This document shows, in pieces, positions 40,322 to 50,707 of a stretch of 64,000 nt of DNA. The stretch covers positions 4,096,001 to 4,160,000 of the forward strand of contig OZ244960.1 of the NCBI GenBank assembly GCA_965222605.1, written 5' to 3'. Within the stretch, counting starts at the first letter, position 1; each line of letters starts with the position of its first letter. The position numbers and the translations under genes are program-made. The stretch comes from Candidatus Latescibacterota bacterium. Its GTDB lineage: Bacteria > Latescibacterota > UBA2968. Below the pieces are notes generated by a model that did no database searches, was not told the origin of the DNA, and worked only from the letters and a program-made list of their open reading frames with translations.

Positions 40322-41161
40322 ATGGCTCACACTTTTGAACAGAATTACACAGTGTCTTATAAGGTTCTCAGTCCCAATACCCGCGGATCAGACCACCATT
40401 ACGAAATAGATGTCTGTGCATCGGCAGAGGAATTGCAGCAATTTGATCGGGAAGGGTATCTGGTGCGCGAGGGATTGTTCGCGGGCGAGGACTTGAAAGC
40501 ACTGCAAGACGCGCTGGATCGGTTGGAAGAGCGGGAATCGGGTGCGTTTCGAGATACTGGAAAGCGGTCCTGGGGGCGTATTCCGCGGCATTTGATGGAT
40601 AAAGATCCGGTGTTTTTGGATTTGTTGAAATTTCCGCCTGTGTTATCTATCGCGCGGGCGATGATGGGGCCGCTGGTCAGGCTTCGGGGACTGAGCGCGC
40701 GGATCAGTTATCCGGCTGCGGCACCTCATCAGACCCCATGGCACCAGCATTTGCGCGTGGTTTCCTATCCTTTGCCTCCGTGGTTTTCCAGACCTCACGG
40801 GTTGGATGCTTTGATTTATCTGGATGATTTGAATGATGATACGGGGGCTGTGGGAATTGTGCCTGGGTCGCACAATTGGTTGGACAGAGCACCGCCCCCC
40901 GATACTTATGAGCTAGTCGAAGGTGAGCTTGTGGTTCGCGTGAAGGCCGGGGGCGGCGTATTGATTCACAGCAATTTGTGGCATCGCGGATTGCCGACGT
41001 TGAGGACAAAGCGCAGGATGTTGATTTTGAGTTATACGCCGACCTGGTTGCGCCGATCACCACACGGTGGGTCGCCTCCCGATGATGGGTTGACGCAGGC
41101 GATTTTAGAGGGCGATGACGAAGAGGCGCGTATTTTGTTGGGCAAAGGTGGATATACATGA
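40322..41161 (+). CDS. PhyH-family dioxygenase
   Basis: [29 protein letters not shown]. Confidence 0.9.
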   Translation: MAHTFEQNYTVSYKVLSPNTRGSDHHYEIDVCASAEELQQFDREGYLVREGLFAGEDLKALQDALDRLEERESGAFRDTGKRSWGRIPRHLMDKDPVFLDLLKFPPVLSIARAMMGPLVRLRGLSARISYPAAAPHQTPWHQHLRVVSYPLPPWFSRPHGLDALIYLDDLNDDTGAVGIVPGSHNWLDRAPPPDTYELVEGELVVRVKAGGGVLIHSNLWHRGLPTLRTKRRMLILSYTPTWLRRSPHGGSPPDDGLTQAILEGDDEEARILLGKGGYT

Positions 41162-41180
41162 GTTTTCAAAGGAGTGGTAT

Positions 41181-43343
41181 ATGAGTGTGGTAGCGGTTGG
41201 AGAATTAAACGTAGATGCCGAGCTTTACGCATTGGTCAAAGACGAAATCGCGCCCGATACGGGCGTGGATGCAGAGGCTTTTTGGCAGGGGTTGGAGGAG
41301 ATTGTAAGAGATCTGGGGAAGGAGAACCGGCGTTTATTGGAAAAGCGCGATGTCTTACAGGCAAAGATCGATGCCTGGCACAAGGGGCGCGAATCTATTG
41401 ATGGGGAAGCGTACAGGGCATTTTTGCAAGAGATCGGGTATTTATTGCCCGAAGGGGATCATTTTCAGGTGTTGACGAATGGCGTTGATCCAGAGGTTGC
41501 GACGGTGGCCGGACCGCAGTTGGTCGTGCCGGTGGATAATGCGCGTTATTGTTTGAATGCGGCCAATGCGCGCTGGGGCAGTTTGTACGATGCGCTGTAT
41601 GGGACAGATGTGATCCCGGAGGATGGTGGTGCGGATAAGGGAACGGCGTATAATCCCGTGCGCGGCGAGAAGGTGATTGCCAGTGCGAATGAATTTTTGG
41701 ATGCGACTGTGCCGCTGTCCGGTGGGTCTTATGCAGAAGTGACGGCGGTTGCCCTGCGTGAAGAGGGCGGGCAAAAGGTGCTTGTTGTAGAGGTTGATGG
41801 TCGGGATGCGGGGCTGTCAGACCCGCATCAGTTTGTGGGCTATGCGGAGCGAGATGGGAAATTGTCCAGCGTGTTGTTGGCGCACAATGGGTTGCATATT
41901 GAGATTCTGATCGATCCAGACCATCCCATTGGCAAAGACCATCCGGCAGGGGTAAAAGATGTGGTGCTGGAGTCCGCAATTACCACGATTCAGGACTGTG
42001 AGGATTCCGTATCGGCTGTGGATGCCGCGGACAAGGTGCGCGTGTATCGCAACTGGTGTGGTCTGATGAAGGGCACATTGGAGACGACTTTTGAAAAGAA
42101 TGGACAACCCCTGAATCGCAGATTGAATCCCGATAGGAAGTATATCCGGCCAGATGGCGGTGCGTTGGTATTGCCAGGACGAAGTACGCTGCTGGTGCGA
42201 AATGTGGGTATTCACATGTACACCGATGCGGTGACGACTGCGGATGGAGAGGCGATTCCCGAAGGGTTTTTGGATGCGATGGTAACGTCGCTGGCGGCTA
42301 TTCACGATTTGAAGGGCAATGGCTTGTTTCAAAATAGTCGCTCGGGTAGCGTGTATATCGTAAAGCCCAAGATGCACGGGCCTGAAGAAGTGGGGGCGAC
42401 GGTAGAATTATTCGGGCGTGTGGAAGATGCGCTTGGACTTGCGCGAAATACGCTAAAAATCGGCATTATGGATGAAGAGCGGCGCACGACTATCAATTTG
42501 AAACGCGCTATGTGGGAAGCTCGCGAGCGCGTCATTTTCATCAATACGGGATTTTTGGATCGCACGGGTGATGAGATACACACGAGTATGGAAGCCGGTG
42601 CTATGCTTCCCAAGAATGAAATTAAGGCGCAACCGTGGTTGACGGCTTATGAGGATTGGAATGTGGATGTGGGTATTGAGACGGGGTTGATCGGCAAAGG
42701 GCAAATTGGCAAGGGGATGTGGGCGATGCCCGATGCGATGCGGGAAATGGTGGAGACGAAGATGAATCACCCCGAAGCAGGGGCGACAACCGCGTGGGTT
42801 CCTTCGCCAACTGCGGCCACATTGCATGCGATGCACTACCATCAGGTGAATGTTTCAGCGCGGCAGGCAGAACTCGCAAGGCGAGAACGCGCGAGTCTGG
42901 ATGCGATTTTGACGCCGCCTTTGCTGGATAGGGATCTGACGGATGAGGAGATTGTGCAGGAATTGGATAATAATGCGCAGGGCATTTTGGGCTATGTGGT
43001 GCGCTGGGTTAATCAGGGCGTTGGCTGTTCTAAGGTGCCCGATATTCACGATGTGGGCCTGATGGAAGATCGCGCGACATTGCGTATTTCGAGCCAGCAT
43101 ATCGCCAACTGGTTGCATCACGGGATTGTGAGTGCCGAGCAAGTCCGCGAGATATTTGAGAAGATGGCCGCGGTTGTCGATAGGCAGAATGCGGGCGATG
43201 CGGCGTATCGCAATATGGCTCCGAATTTTGATGAAAGCATTGCGTTCCAGGCGGCGCTCGATCTGGTTTTCAAGGGCCGCGAAGTTGCCAATGGATATAC
43301 CGAACTGGTTTTACACGCGCGGCGGCGAGAGGTGAAGGGTTAA
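41181..43343 (+). CDS. glcB: Malate synthase G
   Basis: [63 protein letters not shown]. Confidence 0.98.
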   Translation: MSVVAVGELNVDAELYALVKDEIAPDTGVDAEAFWQGLEEIVRDLGKENRRLLEKRDVLQAKIDAWHKGRESIDGEAYRAFLQEIGYLLPEGDHFQVLTNGVDPEVATVAGPQLVVPVDNARYCLNAANARWGSLYDALYGTDVIPEDGGADKGTAYNPVRGEKVIASANEFLDATVPLSGGSYAEVTAVALREEGGQKVLVVEVDGRDAGLSDPHQFVGYAERDGKLSSVLLAHNGLHIEILIDPDHPIGKDHPAGVKDVVLESAITTIQDCEDSVSAVDAADKVRVYRNWCGLMKGTLETTFEKNGQPLNRRLNPDRKYIRPDGGALVLPGRSTLLVRNVGIHMYTDAVTTADGEAIPEGFLDAMVTSLAAIHDLKGNGLFQNSRSGSVYIVKPKMHGPEEVGATVELFGRVEDALGLARNTLKIGIMDEERRTTINLKRAMWEARERVIFINTGFLDRTGDEIHTSMEAGAMLPKNEIKAQPWLTAYEDWNVDVGIETGLIGKGQIGKGMWAMPDAMREMVETKMNHPEAGATTAWVPSPTAATLHAMHYHQVNVSARQAELARRERASLDAILTPPLLDRDLTDEEIVQELDNNAQGILGYVVRWVNQGVGCSKVPDIHDVGLMEDRATLRISSQHIANWLHHGIVSAEQVREIFEKMAAVVDRQNAGDAAYRNMAPNFDESIAFQAALDLVFKGREVANGYTELVLHARRREVKG

Positions 43344-43364
43344 TCGCTGAATAGGGATTGAACA

Positions 43365-44135
43365 ATGGGGCGAAAGCTGCTGGTTTTTGATGTGGGCAAT
43401 TCGCGTTTGAAGGCGGCGTTATACGATGACGGTCGCCTGATTGCGCGTGCGTCTCTAAGTGCGGTGCAAGACATGGCCGGTGAGGATTGGGATAGGGCAC
43501 AGGTCGTGCGTGTACTTGAATCGCGTTTTGCCCCGAAGGGGATGCCCGATTACTGTCTGGTTGCTTCTGTGGTGCGCGGTGCAGATGCGGTGATCCACAA
43601 GGCGGTTCAGACAGTATGGGCGATAGCGCCACAGGTGGTCGATACAGAAATGGATCTGGGGATTGATATTGCTGTGCCTCGTCCCGACCATGTTGGCATT
43701 GATCGGCTATTGCAAGCCAGCGAGGCGTTTCGCGTATGCGCGGACGGTGTGGTTGTCGCTGCTTTTGGTTCTGCGCTGACTGTGGATGTGGTGACAGCAG
43801 ATGGTGTTTTTTGTGGAGGAACGATTGCACCGGGTTTGGGTATGGGGTTGCGCGCTTTGCACGATGAAACGAGTTTGCTTCCCCATGTGGCACTTCGACC
43901 GCCGGATTCGGCTGTTGGGACGGATACGGCTTCTTGTATCCAGGCGGGTATTGTTTATGGGGCTGCAGGTGCCGTAGAGCGACTGTTTTGTGAATTGGTT
44001 CCGGATGGGCGTGCGACGCTTGTTTTGACTGGGGGCGATGCCGAGTTGATTGCGCCCTTCATAAACTACCCTCACCGCGTGGAACCAGACCTGGTCATGC
44101 GTGCGCTGGTTTCGTTAGGTCACAGGATTTTTTGA
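43365..44135 (+). CDS. coaX: Type III pantothenate kinase
   Basis: FDVGNSRLK, VGIDR, FGSALTVD, GGTIAPG, LTGGDA. Confidence 0.92.
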   Translation: MGRKLLVFDVGNSRLKAALYDDGRLIARASLSAVQDMAGEDWDRAQVVRVLESRFAPKGMPDYCLVASVVRGADAVIHKAVQTVWAIAPQVVDTEMDLGIDIAVPRPDHVGIDRLLQASEAFRVCADGVVVAAFGSALTVDVVTADGVFCGGTIAPGLGMGLRALHDETSLLPHVALRPPDSAVGTDTASCIQAGIVYGAAGAVERLFCELVPDGRATLVLTGGDAELIAPFINYPHRVEPDLVMRALVSLGHRIF

Positions 44136-44260
44136 CATAGCTGATTGCCTCTCATTTCTTGCGTCTTTTGTCTCTCTTTTGTAATATCTCCCCGGATGTT
44201 GGTGGAGTTTTTGCAGACGCACAATACCAGAATACAGACTATTTACTTTGGAGGAACCCG

Positions 44261-45298
44261 ATGGGAAAGCAGCAAATAGCAGCAACAACGCTCAATAAAG
44301 ACGATTTGATCGTTATTTGCGGGGCGGGCGGTTTTATTGCTGGCGCATTGACGCGATATTTTCATGAACAGGGGTTTGTGCGGCTTCGCGCTGTTGATAA
44401 GAAGCCCTTGCCCGAATGGTACCAGCGCGTGCCTGGGGTGGAGAATCTGTGTTTGGGTTTGAGCGATGAAGATAGTTGCAAACGCGCCGTTGAAGGTGCT
44501 GTCGAAGTGTACAATCTTGCAGCGGACATGGGAGGGATGGGATTTATTGAGCGATTCCGGGTCGAGTGTTTGCGGAGTGTTCTCATCAATACCCATCTGA
44601 TTGAAGCAGCCTATTGGGCAGGTGTAGATCGGTATTTCTTTTCTTCTTCTGCCTGCGCGTACAATACTGAATTGCAGAAGGACCCCAATGTGCGGGCACT
44701 TAAAGAATCAGATGCCTATCCAGCAATGGCCGAGCGCGGATACGGTTGGGAAAAGCTGGTTTCGGAAATGTTTTGCGAGGAATATTGGTCCGAACGCGGG
44801 ATGAAGACCGCGATTGCGCGGTTCCACAATGTGTATGGTCCTTATGGGACGTGGGATGGCGGGCGAGAAAAAGCACCTGCCGCGCTTTGCCGTAAGGCGA
44901 TTGAAGCCAAAGACAGTGGCAAACTCGAAATTGATATTTGGGGCGATGGCAACCAGACGCGCAGTTTTATGTACGTTGACGATTGTATCAGAGGCGTCGA
45001 TATGATTATGCACAGTGAAGACCTGGTTGCAACGCCTATCAATCTCGGTTCGAGCGAACTGGTTTCCATCAATGAATTGGTCAGTGTTATCGAGGAAATC
45101 GGCGATGTTAAACTCAAACGCACGTATGATTTGACCGCGCCTCAGGGCGTTGCTGGGCGCAATAGTGACAATGCGATGATTAAAGAAATGCTCGACTGGG
45201 AGCCAGATACCTCTTTGCGCGACGGTATGGCTAAGACTTATGCGTGGATTGCACAGCAATACGCTGACCGCAAAGCGGGTAAGCGCACGGTGAGTTAG
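44261..45298 (+). CDS. GDP-mannose 3,5-epimerase-like NAD-dependent epimerase
   Basis: GAGGFIA, LAADMGGMGFI, SSSACAY, YGWEKL, GTWDGGREKAPAALCRK. Confidence 0.85.
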   Translation: MGKQQIAATTLNKDDLIVICGAGGFIAGALTRYFHEQGFVRLRAVDKKPLPEWYQRVPGVENLCLGLSDEDSCKRAVEGAVEVYNLAADMGGMGFIERFRVECLRSVLINTHLIEAAYWAGVDRYFFSSSACAYNTELQKDPNVRALKESDAYPAMAERGYGWEKLVSEMFCEEYWSERGMKTAIARFHNVYGPYGTWDGGREKAPAALCRKAIEAKDSGKLEIDIWGDGNQTRSFMYVDDCIRGVDMIMHSEDLVATPINLGSSELVSINELVSVIEEIGDVKLKRTYDLTAPQGVAGRNSDNAMIKEMLDWEPDTSLRDGMAKTYAWIAQQYADRKAGKRTVS

Positions 45299-45320
45299 GC
45301 AGGGGTATTTGGAGAATTAT

Positions 45321-46115
45321 ATGAGTAAAGATATTACGGGTGTTATTGGCAATATTCCTTTTCGCATGGCTTTTGCCGGCGGGTGGATTGATCAGCCGTT
45401 TTTGTCACAGCACAATCCATCGCCTCCCGGATCAATGGTTGTGGTTTCACTCGAACCTACCAGCCGTTTTATGAATCGCTGTGGTATGGCGACGAGTACG
45501 AGGGATGTTGCGATGAGGCTCTGGGGAGCTACCTTTCCCGACCGCGCGCCATCCGATCTGGTGAAAGAATTGTACACGGTCGAAAATGAAGGCAAGGCAG
45601 AGCCATCGGGTTCGCAGGATATGATCGGGTTGCTTTATCCGGGCGTGAGCAGACTCGACTACGATTGCGATTACGAGGGCGGCTATTTTCCGGTTCATAT
45701 TGAGTCCAATAACGATTCCGATGTGGCACGTTGGCTCGAAGATGTGATCTATATGGTTCCCGTTGCTCCGCGCCCCGATGGCTATGAGCCGTTGGGTGAA
45801 AAGAATTTAGATCCGATATGGATTGAAAGATTGGGTCAGTCGGGCAAAGATTGTTATGATGCGATTATCACCAGAGATGCCCGGGGATTGGGTGCATCTC
45901 TGAATGAGTGTATGGTCTGTTGGGAGACCCTTTTGCCACATACGGTGCGACACCCAACTGTTTGGATTGATCTGATAGGTATTTTGGAATATTATCAATC
46001 GCGATATATCGGGGCGATGTATTCGGGTTGTGGCGGTGGGTATATTTACGTTGTTTCTGAAGAACCCGTGCCGGGCGCACTTCGCGTAGATGTTCGATAT
46101 GACAAAGGGAAGTAA
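45321..46115 (+). CDS. Divergent GHMP kinase family protein
   Basis: PFRMAFAGGWID, RCGMATS, SGSQD, SGCGGG. Confidence 0.75.
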   Translation: MSKDITGVIGNIPFRMAFAGGWIDQPFLSQHNPSPPGSMVVVSLEPTSRFMNRCGMATSTRDVAMRLWGATFPDRAPSDLVKELYTVENEGKAEPSGSQDMIGLLYPGVSRLDYDCDYEGGYFPVHIESNNDSDVARWLEDVIYMVPVAPRPDGYEPLGEKNLDPIWIERLGQSGKDCYDAIITRDARGLGASLNECMVCWETLLPHTVRHPTVWIDLIGILEYYQSRYIGAMYSGCGGGYIYVVSEEPVPGALRVDVRYDKGK

Positions 46116-46116
46116 T

Positions 46117-46914
46117 ATGAAGACCGTCATTGTTTCAGGTAGCTTTGACGATATGAGCGCGCGCGATATACGTTTTTTGGAAGAGGCATCCAAATACGGA
46201 TGTCTTCACGCGCTGGTATGGGGCGATAATGTCATTGTGGGGCGAACCAAATTTCCCCAGGAAGAACGTATGTATATGATGGATGCGATTCGCTATGTGG
46301 ATCGCGCGACGCTTATGACGGAATTGGCAGATAGGGACGGGCTTCCCGATACGATCCATACCGATATATGGGTGGTGGATGAACGAGATGATACACCGCA
46401 AAGACGACATTTTTGCGATATGCACAATATCACATATCGCGTTTTGACCGCGGATGATATCAGGGGGTTTCCGGTAACTGAGACAGCGGATGGGGATGGA
46501 AAAAATAAAAAAGTAATTGTGACGGGGTGTTTTGACTGGTTTCACTCCGGGCATATCCGATTTTTTGAAGAGGTGTCAGAGTTGGGCGATTTGTACGTGG
46601 TTGTGGGTCACGATGCAAATGTTCGTCTGCTCAAAGGCGAAAATCATCCCATGTTCAATGAAAACGAACGCCGATATGTTGTGCAGTCCATCCGTTTTGT
46701 CACACAGGGTCTGATTTCCTCTGGCAATGGATGGATGGATGCCGAGCCAGAGATCGCGGTTCTTAAACCCGATATTTACGCGGTGAATGAGGATGGGGAC
46801 AAACCGGAGAAGAGAGTTTTTTGCGAGGAACACGGTCTGGAATACGTCGTGTTAAAACGCGCGCCGAAGGAAGGACTGCCACATAGAGAAAGTACGGTTT
46901 TACGGGGGTTTTGA
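46117..46914 (+). CDS. Tandem cytidylyl/adenylyltransferase (RfaE-II/TagD-like) protein
   Basis: Two domains: degenerate SGSFDDMSARD and intact TGCFDWFHSGH; C-terminal ESTVLR. Confidence 0.8.
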   Translation: MKTVIVSGSFDDMSARDIRFLEEASKYGCLHALVWGDNVIVGRTKFPQEERMYMMDAIRYVDRATLMTELADRDGLPDTIHTDIWVVDERDDTPQRRHFCDMHNITYRVLTADDIRGFPVTETADGDGKNKKVIVTGCFDWFHSGHIRFFEEVSELGDLYVVVGHDANVRLLKGENHPMFNENERRYVVQSIRFVTQGLISSGNGWMDAEPEIAVLKPDIYAVNEDGDKPEKRVFCEEHGLEYVVLKRAPKEGLPHRESTVLRGF

Positions 46915-46998
46915 TTCTTTACAACGCCGTGACATGAAATTTGTCTTTGTATGTAGTAAAATCAAGACCTCCATATCTCTAAATAACAGGATTGTGCG

Positions 46999-48531
46999 AT
47001 GTCAAATGTCCTTCTCAATAAACCCGATCTCGAATCCCATTTTAAGACGCTCGGCTTCGACTCGGTTCTCGCTTATAAACTCTGGTGTTATCGCAATGGG
47101 TTGGATACCTGTCTGGATAAAGCCGCCGCTCAGCGTCGGGTAGAAATTGATCTTTTGCAACGCGAGGTTGAGCAGCGCGATCCCGATATTAGCCCGAGGC
47201 ACAATGCCCATCGCGCCAAATTTATCACCCGTATCTTTAATGGCGAGCTTCAGAATGAAACTGTCTCAGACTTGCTCTTTCGCATTCGCGCGATGTACAA
47301 TAATCTCGATGGTGATCCCGACGCGCAACAAGCGCTGGGCTACCTCGTTCTCCACGTTGAAAAATACGGCGATTTGATGCGGCCCGCACGCGCCTGCAAG
47401 CGTTTTGGTCATACGGTTGTCAATACCTATATCGCCGCTCTTGAGCAACTCGCTCGCAATCACGCGGATTGGATTCGGCCCGTTGAGGATTGGCGACCTG
47501 ATAGCTATAAACCAGTGCGACAATTCAATAGTCTTGCGCGTCATCTTCTGGCCAAATACGATGTGCCCGCATTTTTTGACACTGCATTTCTACAAGGCAA
47601 TATACCGCAGGCGCGACTGCAACAAGCGTGGTTCATACACGTTGGCATGGGGCAAAATATCCGCACAGCGAATGTGCCTATGCGGATCACAAAGCGCATG
47701 GCGCATTTGCTCCTGCAAGAAAGACGCAATTACCACACCGTTGTTCAGTGCCTTCGCAAAGTTCAGTACGAAGCTTATGGCGGCAACCCGAAAAACGCCT
47801 GGGAAATTGCCCACGGACCTCTGGGGCAAAAATTTGAAAACGAAGATTTTTGGGAGACGGTTGTCCATTTTCTCGCCAATCAGGCTTTTCTCGAACGCAG
47901 CTATATCAATCCCATCATCGACTATATCCGCAATCAAAAATTTACGCCTCAGCGCATTCCACAACCCGATGGCACGGAGATCGAAGGACCGCCGCTACAT
48001 CCCAACTTTTGCATGAAGGGCCGCAGTATTAATAAGCTCCTCCGCCAGGTCGATGAGTGGCATCAAGAACTCACGGGCCTGGAAGATGTGGAATTGGATA
48101 TCTGGAAGTCCTCTGGCTTTAGAGAATTTGAACACGTTACACTGGACCCCAAGCTCAAACGCAATGTCCAGTGGACGGTTCACGAGCTTATCACCTCGCA
48201 ACAACTCTACGCCGAGGGGCGCATCATGCATCACTGTGCAGGGTCTTATGCCAAACGCTGTGCGGCAGGTGAGAAATCCCTCTGGTCTTTGCGCGCGCTC
48301 GATCTCGGTGCTACTGAAGAAAATCAGGTGCAGGAACACGTGCTTACTATTGAGGTCGATAACAAGAAAAGAGTTGTCGTTCAAAACGCCGGCAAATTCA
48401 ATCTCAAACCCTTTGGCAAAAAACATCTCGCTAAGCAACGCCAAACAGGGAATATCTACCTCCATCTCCTCCGCCAGGCACCGACTATTATGCGCCTGTG
48501 GATGGATAACGCAGGATTGTCCCATGGATAA
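46999..48531 (+). CDS. PcfJ-like domain protein
   Basis: C-terminal LYAEGRIMHHCAGSY...LWSLR...LTIEV...VVQ pattern. Confidence 0.7.
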   Translation: MSNVLLNKPDLESHFKTLGFDSVLAYKLWCYRNGLDTCLDKAAAQRRVEIDLLQREVEQRDPDISPRHNAHRAKFITRIFNGELQNETVSDLLFRIRAMYNNLDGDPDAQQALGYLVLHVEKYGDLMRPARACKRFGHTVVNTYIAALEQLARNHADWIRPVEDWRPDSYKPVRQFNSLARHLLAKYDVPAFFDTAFLQGNIPQARLQQAWFIHVGMGQNIRTANVPMRITKRMAHLLLQERRNYHTVVQCLRKVQYEAYGGNPKNAWEIAHGPLGQKFENEDFWETVVHFLANQAFLERSYINPIIDYIRNQKFTPQRIPQPDGTEIEGPPLHPNFCMKGRSINKLLRQVDEWHQELTGLEDVELDIWKSSGFREFEHVTLDPKLKRNVQWTVHELITSQQLYAEGRIMHHCAGSYAKRCAAGEKSLWSLRALDLGATEENQVQEHVLTIEVDNKKRVVVQNAGKFNLKPFGKKHLAKQRQTGNIYLHLLRQAPTIMRLWMDNAGLSHG

Positions 48532-49570
48532 TGCTATGATAGCTGGTCACACGTTTCCTTTTATTGAAGTATCTGGTACGGCGTACGATATGGGTTATCA
48601 ACACGGCAAACAGGCTATAGATCTCGTTCACAAGTATCTCTTGTGGATTGAAAAACTCACGGGCAAACCCCGCGATGAACTCTGCCAAAGCGCGCGTGCC
48701 TTTTATCCCTTAATTGAAAAGCTGAGTCCGCTGCTTATGGAAGAAATTCACGGGCTTGCAGATGGTGCGGGTATTTCTTTTGACGAAGCTCTTTTGTGTC
48801 AGGCGCGGGGCGAAGCCGCTTGTGTTCCGCCCGAAGGTTGCACGGCTTTCGCGCTTACTGGCTCTGCGACTGCCGATGGGTATCCCCTGGCTGGTCAAAA
48901 TCAGGATCTCGCACCCGAATACGCCGATGTCGCCATTCTCTTACACGTCTGTCCTTCTGATGGCCGACCCAGGGCATTGCTCTTTACTTTTGCGGGACAA
49001 TTGGGTTACTCGGGTATGAACCAGTACGGTCTGGCCCATTTTGCCAATGCGCTTTACGATTGTCCCTGGCAAATGGGTCTGCCCCACTATCCGCTCAAAC
49101 GCATTATGCTGGAGCAGGAAGATCTGAATACCTGTCTTCGAATTCTCAGACAACATCCCACCTGTTCGGCTGGCAATATGGTCTTTTGTTTTGGCGATGG
49201 GCAGATTGCCGATCTCGAAATCCGCCCCGAAGGCGTGATGCAATTTACCGATACACATCCCGATGCTATTGTTCACGCCAACCACTACCTCACCCCTGAA
49301 TTTGCACCCTGCGAAACCAATAGTCTCGCCGATTCTTGTCCCCGACGCGACAGAATGCGCGATCTCGTCAAAGAACACTGGGGCAATATCACTGTGGATA
49401 CGATGAAAACTATCCTCGCGGATCACGACGGCGATCCCGCAGCGATATGCCGTCACGGTGCTGTAGATATGTATTCTATCTCGGGTTATATCGCCGAATC
49501 CGCAAAGGGATTGCTCCACGTTAGACGCGGACTGGGCTGCACGGGAACGTGGACGGCATACGAAGTGTAG
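48524..49570 (+). CDS. Peptidase C45 / Ntn-hydrolase (acyl-CoA:6-APA acyltransferase-like)
   Basis: YDMGYQHG, EGCTAF autoprocessing Cys, GQNQD, GMNQYGL, HANHY. Confidence 0.9.
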   Translation: MDNAMIAGHTFPFIEVSGTAYDMGYQHGKQAIDLVHKYLLWIEKLTGKPRDELCQSARAFYPLIEKLSPLLMEEIHGLADGAGISFDEALLCQARGEAACVPPEGCTAFALTGSATADGYPLAGQNQDLAPEYADVAILLHVCPSDGRPRALLFTFAGQLGYSGMNQYGLAHFANALYDCPWQMGLPHYPLKRIMLEQEDLNTCLRILRQHPTCSAGNMVFCFGDGQIADLEIRPEGVMQFTDTHPDAIVHANHYLTPEFAPCETNSLADSCPRRDRMRDLVKEHWGNITVDTMKTILADHDGDPAAICRHGAVDMYSISGYIAESAKGLLHVRRGLGCTGTWTAYEV

Positions 49571-49587
49571 TGTTTTTACAGGCGGGT

Positions 49588-50526
49588 TCAAGGGGTCCAG
49601 GTTTTGGCGCGTTCGGCGTAGTCTCGGGCCTGGGCGGGAATATTTATGCCGACTTCTTCGGACCAGGCTGCGAGAAGCTGTTGATAGATAGGACCGGGTT
49701 TGCCCGTGCCGACGAGTTGGAAGTTGAAGCGGGTGATGGGCACCATACAGATGGTGGTTGAAGTGTACCAGGCTTCGTCGGCTTCGCGTACATCGTAGGG
49801 TTCGATGTCGGTTTCATAGACAGGAATGTTCAGTTTGGCAGCGAGGTCCATGCAGACCTCCCGGGAGACGCCACGCAGGATATCGTGTGGTTTGGGCGTG
49901 TGGATTTCGCCATTGCGGGCGATGAAGAAATTGGTGCCAGTGCCTTCGGTGATAAAGCCGCGTTCGTCGGTGAGGAGGGCGTTGGCACCTTTTTCCAGGC
50001 GTTGAGCCTGGAGATTGGCAATCTGGTAGTAGATGCGGCTGCGGTTTTTGGCTTTGGGGTCTATGTACCGGGCGGGTACGGATTGCTGGGGCGTGATGAC
50101 AAAGTGAGTGCCCTGTTCGTAATAGTGGGCACTGCCTCCAATGTGGCGCACGAGCGGGATGACATTGATGGTGACGATGGGACGGGGGCCTTCTGTGACG
50201 AGGGTGTCGTAAAAGGATAGGGCACCCCGGGTGACGTTGTGCATGATTTGAAAGTCCAGATTTTCCAGGGCGGGTAGATTTCTCTCGATGGTTTTGTGCG
50301 TGGCGTCTTCCATCTGGGCAATGCTGAGGCCGCAGTCGATTTCGGCGTATTTCATGGAGGCGTACAGGCGTTTCAGGTGGTTGCGAAGGCAGTAGGGTTT
50401 TTGCTTGAAGGAGCGGGTCATTTCAAATACCATGTCTCCAAACATCAGGGCGGAGTCGAAAATGGAGATACGGGCTTCGCGTTCGGGAACGAAGTTTCCG
50501 TTGAAATAGACGAGGCGCTGGGGCAT
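49588..50526 (-). CDS. Class IV aminotransferase (branched-chain/D-amino acid type)
   Basis: SIFDSALMFGDMVFE, HLKRL, KAKNRS, TEGTGTNFF, LRGVSR. Confidence 0.92.
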   Translation of the reverse strand: MPQRLVYFNGNFVPEREARISIFDSALMFGDMVFEMTRSFKQKPYCLRNHLKRLYASMKYAEIDCGLSIAQMEDATHKTIERNLPALENLDFQIMHNVTRGALSFYDTLVTEGPRPIVTINVIPLVRHIGGSAHYYEQGTHFVITPQQSVPARYIDPKAKNRSRIYYQIANLQAQRLEKGANALLTDERGFITEGTGTNFFIARNGEIHTPKPHDILRGVSREVCMDLAAKLNIPVYETDIEPYDVREADEAWYTSTTICMVPITRFNFQLVGTGKPGPIYQQLLAAWSEEVGINIPAQARDYAERAKTWTP

Positions 50527-50609
50527 TGGGAGACCTTTCGTGAGAGCCAGAGGTTGGGAAACGGGTTGTTATATATACGATTAATTTTTTTGAAATTCAA
50601 GTTGTCCTG

Positions 50610-50648
50610 AAGGAGGATGGCGATGAAGATCACGGAGATTGAGGTGAT
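50610..50648 (+). repeat. 39-bp exact direct repeat, copy 1 (RBS plus first codons of the enolase-superfamily gene)
   Basis: AAGGAGGATGGCGATGAAGATCACGGAGATTGAGGTGAT, identical to 51779-51817. Confidence 0.9.
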
Positions 50649-50707
50649 GAGTTGTTGTTGAAGGGAGATTGGGACCTCACTATAAACCGAAAGAGAGGAT
50701 CGAGACA

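Noticed and set aside
48053-48523. N-terminal extension of the C45 ORF (505 aa)
   Set aside because: Overlaps the PcfJ-like gene; the recognisable domain begins near 48524.
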